64,000 nt of DNA from contig JAEWIY010000018.1 of assembly GCA_023386835.1 (NCBI GenBank), positions 14,130 to 78,129 of the forward strand, given 5' to 3'. Position numbers and translations under genes: made by a program. Shown one piece after another: positions 10,586 through 21,072 of the stretch. The DNA comes from Verrucomicrobiota bacterium (GTDB lineage Bacteria; Verrucomicrobiota; Verrucomicrobiia; Opitutales; Opitutaceae). Every line of letters starts with the position of its first letter. Positions within the stretch are counted from its first letter, which is position 1. The notes beneath the pieces were generated by a model. The model saw only the letters and a program-made list of their open reading frames with translations, was not told the origin of the DNA and ran no database searches.

Positions 10586-13042
10586 ATGTCGCACCGCGCC
10601 AACCGCATCGCTCAAGCCTGGCTGGAATCCCCGACGCGGGGCGTGGTGGAGTTGGTGCGCGACTGGAGGGCGCGTCATGCGCCGCCGCTGGGCCTGAGCC
10701 ATGGTGCGCGCTTCCGGAGCGTGCAACGCGTGCCGGACCACACGTTTGGCCTGCGCAGTGGCTACTTCGTCAATCGCCGGTCCGAGATCTTTTTTTTCCT
10801 GCCGGCAGAGGCGCAGCCCAAACCGTACGCGTTGCGCGATGAATCCGTGTATCTGGCCGGCGACTTCAATGGTTGGGGAGACGCCATCGGCAAACCGGAC
10901 TGGGAACTTCGTCCCGCGTCGCTCGACGGACAGCCCGTTCTGCTTTGGACCGGCTCGGCCGAGCGGTTCTTCAGTTCACCTCCGTTGCGATTCAAGTTCG
11001 TCACGAGTGAGGGGCACTGGTTTGAAGTGCCGCCGGACGCCCCCAACGCGCAGCGGGATGATGGCGGCAATGTGAATCGGGTGGTCGATCCGGAGCGGAC
11101 CGGTCAGCACCTGTTCACGTTCGAGGTCGCGGAGCCGCTGGCGCTTTCGACCGGCTGGCAGGTCACGTGGGCCGATGGCGAGTCGGCGCACGCGGTCCCG
11201 CTGCGGCCCGGCAGCTTCTTTCACGAACTGCGCTCGGATCTGCCGATGGGCGTCACGATCCAGCATGATCGCACGACCTTTCGACTCTTCGCGCCCCGCG
11301 CCCAACGCGTCGACCTGTGTGTGCAGGCGGAATGGCCGAACGGCGACATTTCACGTTTCCCGCTCGACCGCGCGCCGGGTGAGGATGGGGCGGCTGGCGT
11401 GTGGGAGGCGACGCTCGATCAGAATCTCCATCGCTGGTTTTACTGGTACCACGTCGACGGGCCCAATGATGCGTTCGGCCTGTTTGATCCGACGCACCGC
11501 ATCATCGATCCGTACGCTTTGGCGACGGTCGGGCGCGAGGGGGCGGGCATCGTGCTCGATCGGCGACGCCTCCGCCGGCCGGCTGATTCGTTTCAAACCC
11601 CGGCGTGGCAGGATCTCGTAATTTGCGAGGCCCCCGTGCGCGATCTGGCGGCGCGGGCGCCGCTCGACCTGTCGCCAGACGAGCGGCGGGGTTTCACCGG
11701 GTTGCGTCGCTGGGTGGAGAGCCCGAATTTTTACCTGCACCGCCTCGGGGTGAATTGCGTGGAACTGCAGCCGGTCCAGGAGTTCGATAACGAGCGCACC
11801 GACGAGTACCACTGGGGCTACATGACGACGGCGTATCTCGCGCCCGAGAGTAGTTACTCGCTGGATCCGTTGGGCGCGAGCGGCGTGCGGGAACTGCAGG
11901 AACTGGTGGCGGCGTTTCACCGGCGTGGCATGGCCGTGATCCTGGATGTCGTGTTCAATCACGTGGGTGTGCCGGCGCACCTGATGTTCATCGACAAGCT
12001 GTACTACTTTGAGGTCGATGGGGCGGGGCAGCTGAGCAACTGGAGCGGATGCGGAAACGACTTGCGCGCGAGTGCGGCGATGGCGCGCCGACTGATCATC
12101 GACGCCTGCACGCATCTGATCGAGGTCTATGGCGTGGATGGATTCCGCTTTGACCTCGCGGACCTGCTCGGCGTCGAGGTGCTGAAGGAGATCGAGTTCG
12201 CGCTCAAGCGGGTGAAGGCCGACGTGATCCTCATCGCAGAGCCGTGGAGCTTCCGCGGGCACATCGCCGGCGCGCTGGCCGAAACCGGGTGGGCGTCGTG
12301 GAACGATGGATACAGAAATTTTGTCCGCGAGTTCGTGCGCGGGGGCGGTTCACGGGAGGCGTTTGAGTATTTCCTGAAGGGCTCGCCGTGGTACTTCGCC
12401 CGCTGGCCGGCGCAGACGGTAAACTATACCGAGTCGCACGATGACCGCGCCTGGATCGACGTGATCACGGAGAACGGCGACGGCAACGGTGATCATCCCA
12501 CGCCCAACGATCGGCGGCGCACGCACCTCATGGCGGCGATTCTCTTCAGCTCCATCGGCATCCCGATGATGGCGGAAGGGCAGGACTTTCTTCGTTCCAA
12601 GCTGGGGGTGAACAACACCTACCTGCGCGGAGATTTGAACGCGCTGGATTACCGGCGACTTCGCCGTTTTCCCGCGACCCACACGTATTTTGCCGATTGG
12701 ATCGCGCTCCGCCGATCAGCGCGCGGGGCCTTGCTGCGCCAGTTTACGCGACCCAGCGAGAGGTTCTTCCGGTTCTTCTTCGCGCCGCATTCCACGGCCG
12801 CCGCGGTGCTCTACAATGCCGACCTTTCGCAACCCGGCGGGCAGTTGCTGCTGGCACTCAACCCGACAACGGTCGACGTGCTGGTGCCTCTCGATGCAAC
12901 GGTAGCCGACGGTGACTGGCAGCCGCTGGCGGACCACGAGCACTTCTGGTCGGAGGAGCGGGGCCGGGCGGCGATGGGACCGCTTGATCCTTCGCTCGAC
13001 CTGCCCGCGCTCGGAGCCGGGCTGTGGTGGCGGGAAACGTGA
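10586..13042 (+). CDS. GH13 alpha-amylase-family glycosidase, pullulanase/debranching type, with N-terminal E-set/CBM48-like region
   Basis: GH13 regions VILDVVFNHV, GVDGFRFDLA, ILIAEPW and NYTESHDD. HWGYMT resembles the pullulanase YNWGYDP motif. N-terminal VYLAGDFNGW. The start is uncertain. Confidence 0.8.
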   Translation: MSHRANRIAQAWLESPTRGVVELVRDWRARHAPPLGLSHGARFRSVQRVPDHTFGLRSGYFVNRRSEIFFFLPAEAQPKPYALRDESVYLAGDFNGWGDAIGKPDWELRPASLDGQPVLLWTGSAERFFSSPPLRFKFVTSEGHWFEVPPDAPNAQRDDGGNVNRVVDPERTGQHLFTFEVAEPLALSTGWQVTWADGESAHAVPLRPGSFFHELRSDLPMGVTIQHDRTTFRLFAPRAQRVDLCVQAEWPNGDISRFPLDRAPGEDGAAGVWEATLDQNLHRWFYWYHVDGPNDAFGLFDPTHRIIDPYALATVGREGAGIVLDRRRLRRPADSFQTPAWQDLVICEAPVRDLAARAPLDLSPDERRGFTGLRRWVESPNFYLHRLGVNCVELQPVQEFDNERTDEYHWGYMTTAYLAPESSYSLDPLGASGVRELQELVAAFHRRGMAVILDVVFNHVGVPAHLMFIDKLYYFEVDGAGQLSNWSGCGNDLRASAAMARRLIIDACTHLIEVYGVDGFRFDLADLLGVEVLKEIEFALKRVKADVILIAEPWSFRGHIAGALAETGWASWNDGYRNFVREFVRGGGSREAFEYFLKGSPWYFARWPAQTVNYTESHDDRAWIDVITENGDGNGDHPTPNDRRRTHLMAAILFSSIGIPMMAEGQDFLRSKLGVNNTYLRGDLNALDYRRLRRFPATHTYFADWIALRRSARGALLRQFTRPSERFFRFFFAPHSTAAAVLYNADLSQPGGQLLLALNPTTVDVLVPLDATVADGDWQPLADHEHFWSEERGRAAMGPLDPSLDLPALGAGLWWRET

Positions 13043-13065
13043 GTCCCTGTTCGCCCGGTCCGTCC

Positions 13066-14955
13066 ATGTCCGAACCAGCGTCTGAACGCTCGTCTTCACC
13101 TGCTGTAAGGTGGACGGCGGCGACCGTGGCCGTGGGATTCGCGCTGCGCTTCTACCTGGTGCTGCGCGGCGGCCAGTTCTTCTGGCCGGACGAGAGCCGC
13201 TATCAGGAGGCACGCGAGGCCATGGGCCGAATGCTCTCGGGTGCGTGGCACGAGGCTTGGTTGGGGTTGCTCAGCCGGCCCGAGCACCTGCTCTTTAAAG
13301 TGCTGGGATTGATTCCGGCGGCCGCCGAGCAGTGGTTCGGACCGAGCAGCGCGCTGGCGGCCGGTTTCTTCGCTGTGTTCAGCGGGTTGTCGCTGTGGTT
13401 GATCGGTCGCCTCGTTCGGCGGATGGGCGGCACGGACGTGCAGGCGGCCTTTGCCGTCAGTCTCGCCGTCGGCGCGTCGTCGCTGCTCTATTACAGTCGC
13501 CACCTGCTGCCGTACGATCTGGCGCTGTTTTTCGGATTGTGGGCGTGGCTGGTCGCGTTCGGCCGCGGCGCAGGGGCCGCCGGGCTGACCGGTTTGTTGG
13601 CCTCGCTTTGTTTTCTCAGCTACAACGGATACTGGATGCTGGGAGGCGGCGCGATGATTGCCGTCGTCTTGTTCGCGTGGAGAGAAGGTTTCGTCGCGAT
13701 GCTGCGTCAGGCGGTCGTCGCCGCGCTTGGACTGGCGCTGCCCATCGGGTTGGTCGTGGCGGCGGGCGCGGCTTACGGCGTTGATGTGCTCACTGCGGCT
13801 CAGACGTTCTCGGGCACCATCATGACGGCTGATATCGGCCGCGGAGGGGAGTTCATCGCGGAACATTTCTGGCGCACCGAAGGGCTGTTCGGACTGGGAC
13901 TCTGGCTGATCCTGGCGGTGAGTCTTGTCGTGGTGCGGCCACTACCGAAGCTCGTTCTCCAGGCGCTGTGGGTGGTGCTGATCCTGGGCGTGGTGATCTG
14001 GGCGCTCGACGGCGTGTTCCGCCGTTTCATCGTGCATGGACGCTCGATCCGGCAGGTCATGCCGTTCCTCGTGATCGCCGCCGGGGCCAGCGCGGGAGCG
14101 TTGTGGGCACGTGGGGGTTGGGCGCGGCGATTCACCCAAGGTTGGAGCGTGCTCATGACCGGCGCGGCGCTGATCAGCCTGAAGCCGGTGGTGGTGCAAT
14201 GGTTTCCGCAGGAGTTTCGCGCGGCGGCCGCGGAGCGCGCGCGGGCCTTGGCGGAGGCGGGGGCAGCGAAGCCAAGCACGGTCGCCTTCGCCAGTTTTCT
14301 GTTCACGCCGGCGGCCATTCCGGAAACGCCCCCGCCGGGCCGCATTCTCTGGCAGCGGCCGCATCCGTTTCAGTTCGAACCGTACCTGTTCGAAGGCTTC
14401 ACGTTTGCGGATCGGGAGATGTTTCGGCGCCGCGATTTTGCGATGCGCCTGATCGAGTCCGGAGTCGACGCCGCGGGTCGCGGATCGCGCGTGGGTTATC
14501 CGGAACTGGAGAAACATAACGGTTACCCCGGGGCCGTTCGCCTGCGGGTGCGCTTTCCGGCGGACCGACTGGGCACGTTTGAGCCGCTCGTCGCGACGGG
14601 CGAATCCGGGCGTGGTAACCTGATCTACGCCATCTACCAGGATTCCGAGCACCTGAAGATCGGCTTCGATCATTGGGGCATCGGCGGCGCCGTCAGCGAA
14701 CGGGTGCCGGTCGAGTGGGGTGAACTCGTTGAAGTGGTCGTGTCCATGGGCTCGCTGTTCCCACCGGATGCGCCGCCAGCGCAACGCGAGCATCTGCTGG
14801 TGACCGTCGATGGACACGTCGTTCTGGATCACCCTCAGGCTTTCCATCCGAGTTCGCCCGCCAATATCGCGTTTGGGGTCAACCTGATCGGCGCGAGTAC
14901 GGCCGCCGCCGAGTTCACCGGGGTGATCGAGGCGGTTGAGCCGGCAAGTCCATGA
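13066..14955 (+). CDS. Polytopic membrane protein, GT-C (GT39/ArnT-like) fold suspected, with a C-terminal soluble beta-rich domain
   Basis: ATG at 13066. There are about 10 or more hydrophobic helices. FFWPDESRY after TM1 resembles the DE-x-x-Y loop motif of GT-C transferases. The C-terminal ~200 aa are non-hydrophobic. Confidence 0.5.
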   Translation: MSEPASERSSSPAVRWTAATVAVGFALRFYLVLRGGQFFWPDESRYQEAREAMGRMLSGAWHEAWLGLLSRPEHLLFKVLGLIPAAAEQWFGPSSALAAGFFAVFSGLSLWLIGRLVRRMGGTDVQAAFAVSLAVGASSLLYYSRHLLPYDLALFFGLWAWLVAFGRGAGAAGLTGLLASLCFLSYNGYWMLGGGAMIAVVLFAWREGFVAMLRQAVVAALGLALPIGLVVAAGAAYGVDVLTAAQTFSGTIMTADIGRGGEFIAEHFWRTEGLFGLGLWLILAVSLVVVRPLPKLVLQALWVVLILGVVIWALDGVFRRFIVHGRSIRQVMPFLVIAAGASAGALWARGGWARRFTQGWSVLMTGAALISLKPVVVQWFPQEFRAAAAERARALAEAGAAKPSTVAFASFLFTPAAIPETPPPGRILWQRPHPFQFEPYLFEGFTFADREMFRRRDFAMRLIESGVDAAGRGSRVGYPELEKHNGYPGAVRLRVRFPADRLGTFEPLVATGESGRGNLIYAIYQDSEHLKIGFDHWGIGGAVSERVPVEWGELVEVVVSMGSLFPPDAPPAQREHLLVTVDGHVVLDHPQAFHPSSPANIAFGVNLIGASTAAAEFTGVIEAVEPASP

Positions 14956-15030
14956 GGCAAGGCAAAATGTGGGCGGCCTTGTGCAGCCGTTGCGGAGTCA
15001 AAACCCCCTTGCGTTCAGTAGGCTGGCTGA

Positions 15031-16152
<1,122 letters not shown>

Positions 16153-16171
16153 CCGCATCCTTCCAAACCTA

Positions 16172-16247
16172 CCGCAGGGAGCGCAGAGCTCGCAGAGCGT
16201 CGGTCACCACCTCTGCGTCCTCGGCGCGCTCTGCGGTTTCTTTTTTT
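16172..16247 (+). terminator. Compound hairpin plus T-run after gap
   Basis: ccgcagggagcgc (16172-16184) pairs with cgcgctctgcgg (16225-16236). An inner stem gcagag/ctctgc is present. The structure is followed by tttcttttttt, ending 5 nt before the pgk ATG. Confidence 0.5.
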
Positions 16248-16251
16248 AGCC

Positions 16252-17496
16252 ATGGCAAAGTTCAAGACGATTCGAGATCTCCCGCTGGCCGGAAAACGCG
16301 TGCTGATGCGCGTCGATTTCAACGTGCCGCAGGACAAGTCCACCGGCGCGATCTCCAACAACCAGCGGATCGTGGCGGCGTTGCCGACGATCAAGTACGC
16401 CCTCGAGCAAGGCGCGTCGGTCGTGCTCATGAGCCACCTCGGCCGTCCGGACGGCCAGCGCCAGGAGAAGTTCTCGCTCAAGCCGGTCGCCGCCGAGCTC
16501 GAGAAACTGCTGGGTCGCCCGGTCAGGTTCCTCGATGACTGCGTCGGTCCCGCGGTGGAGCAGGCCTGCGCCCAACTGCAGCCCGGCGACGTTGTATTGC
16601 TGGAAAACCTACGCTTCCACATCGAGGAGGAAGGCAAGGTCAAGCTCGAGGACGGTTCCTCGAAGAAGGCCGACCCGAAGGACGTCGAGGCGTTTCGCGC
16701 CAGCCTGACGAAGCTGGGTGACGTGTTCGTCAACGACGCTTTCGGCACGGCGCACCGCGCGCACTCCTCGATGGTCGGCGTGGCCCTGCCGGCGAAGGCC
16801 GCCGGCTTCCTCATGGAAGCGGAGCTCAAGGCGTTCGCAGCGGTGCTCGACGAGCCGAAGCGTCCGCTGCTCGCGATCCTCGGCGGCGCGAAGATTGCCG
16901 ACAAGATCCCGCTCATCCGCAACCTGCTCTCGAAGGCCGACCAGATCATCATCGGCGGCGGAATGGCTTACACGTTCAAGAAGGTCCTGAACGGCATGGA
17001 GATTGGCGAAAGCCTCTTCGATCCCGAGGGCGCCAAGATCGTCCAGGAGCTGGCCGATCAGGCGAAGGCGAAGAACGTCGAGCTGATCTTCCCGGTCGAT
17101 TACGTCTGTGCCGACAAGTTCGATCCGAACGCGGCGACGCAGAGCGCGAGCGATGCCACCGGGATTCCGAAGGGCTGGATGGGACTCGACGCCGGCCCGA
17201 AGTCGATCGAGCTCTACCGCAATGCCATCTTGAACGCCAAGACGATCGTCTGGAACGGCCCGGCGGGCGTGTTCGAGTTCGACAAGTTTGCCGGCGCGAC
17301 GAAGGCCATGGCGGACGCGATTGCCGAGGCGACCGCCCAGGGCGCCACGACCGTGGTTGGCGGTGGCGACACCGCGACCGCAGCCAAGAAGTTCGGCGTG
17401 GCCAAGAAAGTGACTCATTGCTCCACCGGGGGTGGCGCCAGCCTCGAGTTCCTCGAGGGCAAGGTGCTTCCCGGTGTGGCCTTCCTCGAAAGTTGA
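16252..17496 (+). CDS. pgk: Phosphoglycerate kinase
   Basis: RVDFNVP, SHLGRP and the C-terminal [13 protein letters not shown]. Confidence 0.95.
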   Translation: MAKFKTIRDLPLAGKRVLMRVDFNVPQDKSTGAISNNQRIVAALPTIKYALEQGASVVLMSHLGRPDGQRQEKFSLKPVAAELEKLLGRPVRFLDDCVGPAVEQACAQLQPGDVVLLENLRFHIEEEGKVKLEDGSSKKADPKDVEAFRASLTKLGDVFVNDAFGTAHRAHSSMVGVALPAKAAGFLMEAELKAFAAVLDEPKRPLLAILGGAKIADKIPLIRNLLSKADQIIIGGGMAYTFKKVLNGMEIGESLFDPEGAKIVQELADQAKAKNVELIFPVDYVCADKFDPNAATQSASDATGIPKGWMGLDAGPKSIELYRNAILNAKTIVWNGPAGVFEFDKFAGATKAMADAIAEATAQGATTVVGGGDTATAAKKFGVAKKVTHCSTGGGASLEFLEGKVLPGVAFLES

Positions 17497-17626
17497 GGCG
17501 CCCCGGCCCGGCGCAAACGCCGAGGGATGAAGCCGCTTTAGGCTTCATGCCTCGAACAACTCGCGCCGGGCTGACGGCTTCGATTGCCTCACCTCCATCC
17601 ACCTGCCAGCCTCCGTTTTTCCTACA

Positions 17627-18394
17627 ATGATTCGCAAAAAGCTCATCGCCGGTAACTGGAAGATGAACAAAGGTTCGAGCGACGCCGTCGCCTTGGTGAA
17701 GGACATCATCGCCGAGGTGGGTCGTGAGACCGACGCCGATATCGTCGTCTGCCCCCCGTTCACGGCGCTGGAGTCAGTCGGCCAGGCCTTGGAAGGGTCG
17801 GCCATCAAGCTCGGTGCGCAGAACATGCACCCGGAGCCCAGTGGCGCCTACACGGGTGAAGTATCGGCCGAGATGCTACGCTCGATGTACGCGAGCTACG
17901 TCATCCTCGGCCACAGCGAGCGCCGCACGTATTTCGCCGAGACGGATGCCTTCATCAACCAGAAGGTGCTCGCCGCGCTCAAGGCACAGCTGAAGCCGAT
18001 CCTTTGCGTGGGCGAGACGCTGGCGGAGCGTGAAACTGGTTCGACGCTCAAGGTTGTGCAAACGCAGCTCGAGGCGGACCTTGACGGCGTCAGCAAGGAC
18101 TTGGCGACGAACGTCGTGGTCGCGTACGAGCCGGTCTGGGCGATCGGCACGGGCAAGGTCGCCACGACCGAACAGGCGCAGGAGGTGCATGCGTTTATCC
18201 GCAGCCTGCTGGGCAAGCTGTTTGGCTCCAACGCGGCCGGCCGCATGCGCATCCTGTACGGTGGTTCGATGAAGCCGGCCAACGCGCCGGAGTTGCTCGC
18301 GCAAAAGGACATCGACGGCGGCCTGATCGGCGGCGCCAGCCTGGAGGCGCGTAGTTTTGTCGACCTCGTGCGGTCGGCGACCAAAGTCGCTTGA
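17627..18394 (+). CDS. tpiA: Triosephosphate isomerase
   Basis: IAGNWKMN, VILGHSERR and AYEPVWAIGTG. Confidence 0.95.
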   Translation: MIRKKLIAGNWKMNKGSSDAVALVKDIIAEVGRETDADIVVCPPFTALESVGQALEGSAIKLGAQNMHPEPSGAYTGEVSAEMLRSMYASYVILGHSERRTYFAETDAFINQKVLAALKAQLKPILCVGETLAERETGSTLKVVQTQLEADLDGVSKDLATNVVVAYEPVWAIGTGKVATTEQAQEVHAFIRSLLGKLFGSNAAGRMRILYGGSMKPANAPELLAQKDIDGGLIGGASLEARSFVDLVRSATKVA

Positions 18395-18454
18395 TTGGAT
18401 TGCGGGACGGCGGCGCGAAAAAGTGCCGCCGTCCGAGTTCCCCCTCTCCTCCCC

Positions 18455-19180
18455 ATGATTCGCTCACCCCGATTGATCGCGGCCGCCCTGTTGCTGGCCG
18501 TTTTGCCGGCTGCCACGGTCCTGGCGCAACGCGTGAACCCGAAACCCGTGGTCATGCGCAGCCCGGATTATCCCACCGCGCTCACGAATTCGGGACGCGA
18601 CGGAACCGTTACGGTTGAATTTGCGGTGGAGGTGGATGGCACGATCCACGATCCGGTGGTGAAATCGTCCGACGATCCGGCCTTCACCGAGGCGGCGTTG
18701 GCCGCTCTGCCGAAGTGGAAGTTTGAACCCGGCACGCGCGACGGGCAGCCGGTGCGCATGAAGGTCGCTCTACCGTTTCGGTTTGCCGCTCCGCCGGAAC
18801 AGAAGGTGAACGCCGCGTTTGGTCGGAAGGTTTACCTCTCCAACCCGCCGCCGGCCGACCAGATCGTGACGGCGGAGCAGTATGGGTATCCGTTGGAGCC
18901 ACTGAATCAGCCCAACATCCGGTATCCGGCGGCCTTCCAGGGTTCGGGCCGCGAGGAACGCGTGGAGGTCGGCTTTCTGGTGACGCCGGAGGGACGCACG
19001 GCCGACCCCGCGGTGCTGAACGAGGTGCCGCCCGAGTTCGCCGCCACGGCGATCATGTACGTAGGCGCGCTCGTGTACGAGTTCCCGGTCAAGGACGGTA
19101 AGCCGGTTTACGTGGCCCTGCGCCGCGGCATCTTGATTTCCGACGGCGGCGAGCGAGCCGCGAAGTCGGCGACCCCGTAG
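18455..19180 (+). CDS. Secreted protein with two TonB C-terminal-like domains
   Basis: ATG at 18455 with a signal peptide (MIRSPRLIAAALLLAVLPAATVLA). Two repeats of the YP..A...G..G.V.V.F.V...G pattern. No N-terminal TM or Pro-rich TonB spacer. Confidence 0.65.
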   Translation: MIRSPRLIAAALLLAVLPAATVLAQRVNPKPVVMRSPDYPTALTNSGRDGTVTVEFAVEVDGTIHDPVVKSSDDPAFTEAALAALPKWKFEPGTRDGQPVRMKVALPFRFAAPPEQKVNAAFGRKVYLSNPPPADQIVTAEQYGYPLEPLNQPNIRYPAAFQGSGREERVEVGFLVTPEGRTADPAVLNEVPPEFAATAIMYVGALVYEFPVKDGKPVYVALRRGILISDGGERAAKSATP

Positions 19181-19250
19181 ACGGACGATCGCGTGGTGAC
19201 GTTGACCGCGCCGTGGCGAGGGCAACGCCCGTAAGATCGCGCCGCTGGAA

Positions 19251-20951
19251 TCAGCCGGCGTTGGTGATTTCCGTCGCGAGCTGGACGATCGAGCAGGGCT
19301 TCTGCAACTGCCCGGCGACGCCGTAGGCGTTGAGCCGCGTCTGCATTTCGGGGCTGGCGTAACCGCTCAGGATGATCACTGGCGGCAGGTCACCGCCGAG
19401 TTCCTTCAGGGCGCCGAGCGTTTCCTCACCGGTCATGCCGGGCATGATCAGGTCGAGCAGGATGTGCGTGATCTCGGCGCGGTGGCGCTGAAACAGCTCG
19501 AGCCCTTGGTAACCGTCGACGGCGCCAAAAACCTTCGCCCCCGCGCGCTCGAGCAGGCTCGTGACGACTTGGCGGACTGGGTCTTCGTCTTCGATCAGCA
19601 GGATCCGTTTGCCGGCCAACGAACGCGTTTCACGGATCTTCGGTTGCAGCGTACCCGGAGCCGTCGTCGCCGCGCGCTGGGCCGGTAGGAAAATGCGGAA
19701 GGTGGATCCCGCGCCCGGAGCACTGCGGACGGCGATGGTGCCGTTGTGCCAGCGGACTGTGCCGAAAACGGTGGAAAGGCCGAGACCACGACCGGTGAAT
19801 TTGGTCGTGAAGAACGGATCGAAGATGTGCGCCAGGGTGACGGGCGACATGCCCGCTCCGTCGTCCGCGACCCAGATTTCGACGTAATCGCCGGGCGTGA
19901 CTTCCGGTCCAAAAAACGACGTGTCACGATAGCCGGGCTCGAGGCGCGTGATCCGTGTGCCGACCTCAATCGTGCCGGTCTCGTCGCCCATCGCCTCCTC
20001 GGCGTTGATGAGGAGATTGAGAATGGCCTGGTTGAGCTGGGCGAAGTCGCCCTGGATCGGCGGCAGGTCCGGCGAGAGACGCTTCTCGATTTCGACGTTT
20101 TTGTTGAGCGACACCGAGATCAACGAGGCGGCGTCGATGACCGTATCGTTGAGATTGACGGCTTCAAGCGTGCCGGCAGAGCGGCCGGCCGACGTGAGCA
20201 TCTGCTGGCACAACTTGGCGGCGCTGGTGGCCGCCTTGCGGATCATCGAGACGCATTGCCGCTCGCCGTCCTCCAGCCCGGCGCTCATCTCCAGGAGCTC
20301 GGCGTGGCCGAGCACGCCCGTGAGCAGATTATTGAAGTCGTGCGCGATGCCGCCGGCGAGTTGTCCGAGGCTCTCCAGGCGCTGCGTGTTCACGAGCTGC
20401 CGTTCCAGCTGCTTCTTGGCTTCTTCGGCCTTGAATTGCTCGGTGATGTCAAAACACGCCGAAAGGCATTGTGGATCGCCGGAGGGGTCGGCGTCGAAGA
20501 CGCGGCTGGCGATCAGGAGGTGGCGCACGCCGCCTTCGCCGCGCGGACGCAGTTTGATGTTGGCCGTCTGCCGCGTGGTGCCGCCGAACACCTGGGCCAA
20601 ATGGTCGTGAAACTGCCGTGCCGAAATCGAATCGAGCTGGGACGCGAAAGGCTGACCCACGAGGCTTGAGCCATCGGATTGCAGGAGCTCGGCCGCCGCC
20701 TGGTTCAGCCGGCGGATCTGCCCTTCGCGCGACAGGGCAAAGTAGGCGACTGGCGCCAATTCGAACAAAGCGACATCACGAGCGCGGGAGCGGTCAGCGT
20801 CGGAGTGAGTGCGCGAGGGCTCCGGGGATTGCATCTCCGGATTCACTTGAACGGCGCTCTTCCCGGAGTGCAACCGCTCTTCGGGATCCAAATGGTGGGG
20901 GGACGGCCGGGCTGGAGTAGAAGCGGCTGCACCCTCGGGTCTTAGGTCCAT
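19251..20951 (-). CDS. Hybrid sensor histidine kinase (PAS, HisKA, HATPase_c, receiver)
   Basis: H-box GGIAHDFNNLL. N/G boxes NLLINAEEA and DDGAGM. C-terminal receiver ILLIEDED...DLIMPGMTG. The start is set at ATG 20951 because upstream codons would overlap ispA. Confidence 0.85.
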   Translation of the reverse strand: MDLRPEGAAASTPARPSPHHLDPEERLHSGKSAVQVNPEMQSPEPSRTHSDADRSRARDVALFELAPVAYFALSREGQIRRLNQAAAELLQSDGSSLVGQPFASQLDSISARQFHDHLAQVFGGTTRQTANIKLRPRGEGGVRHLLIASRVFDADPSGDPQCLSACFDITEQFKAEEAKKQLERQLVNTQRLESLGQLAGGIAHDFNNLLTGVLGHAELLEMSAGLEDGERQCVSMIRKAATSAAKLCQQMLTSAGRSAGTLEAVNLNDTVIDAASLISVSLNKNVEIEKRLSPDLPPIQGDFAQLNQAILNLLINAEEAMGDETGTIEVGTRITRLEPGYRDTSFFGPEVTPGDYVEIWVADDGAGMSPVTLAHIFDPFFTTKFTGRGLGLSTVFGTVRWHNGTIAVRSAPGAGSTFRIFLPAQRAATTAPGTLQPKIRETRSLAGKRILLIEDEDPVRQVVTSLLERAGAKVFGAVDGYQGLELFQRHRAEITHILLDLIMPGMTGEETLGALKELGGDLPPVIILSGYASPEMQTRLNAYGVAGQLQKPCSIVQLATEITNAG

Positions 20952-21072
20952 AAGCGCCCATTGAACGCGACTCCGCCCTGTGGTTCGGGCCGCAGCACGG
21001 AAATCCGGCAGGAGTCTGTCAGGAATCCCGGAGAAATTACGTCCGGCTCTCCCGGAAACCGTTGAGCCCGCG

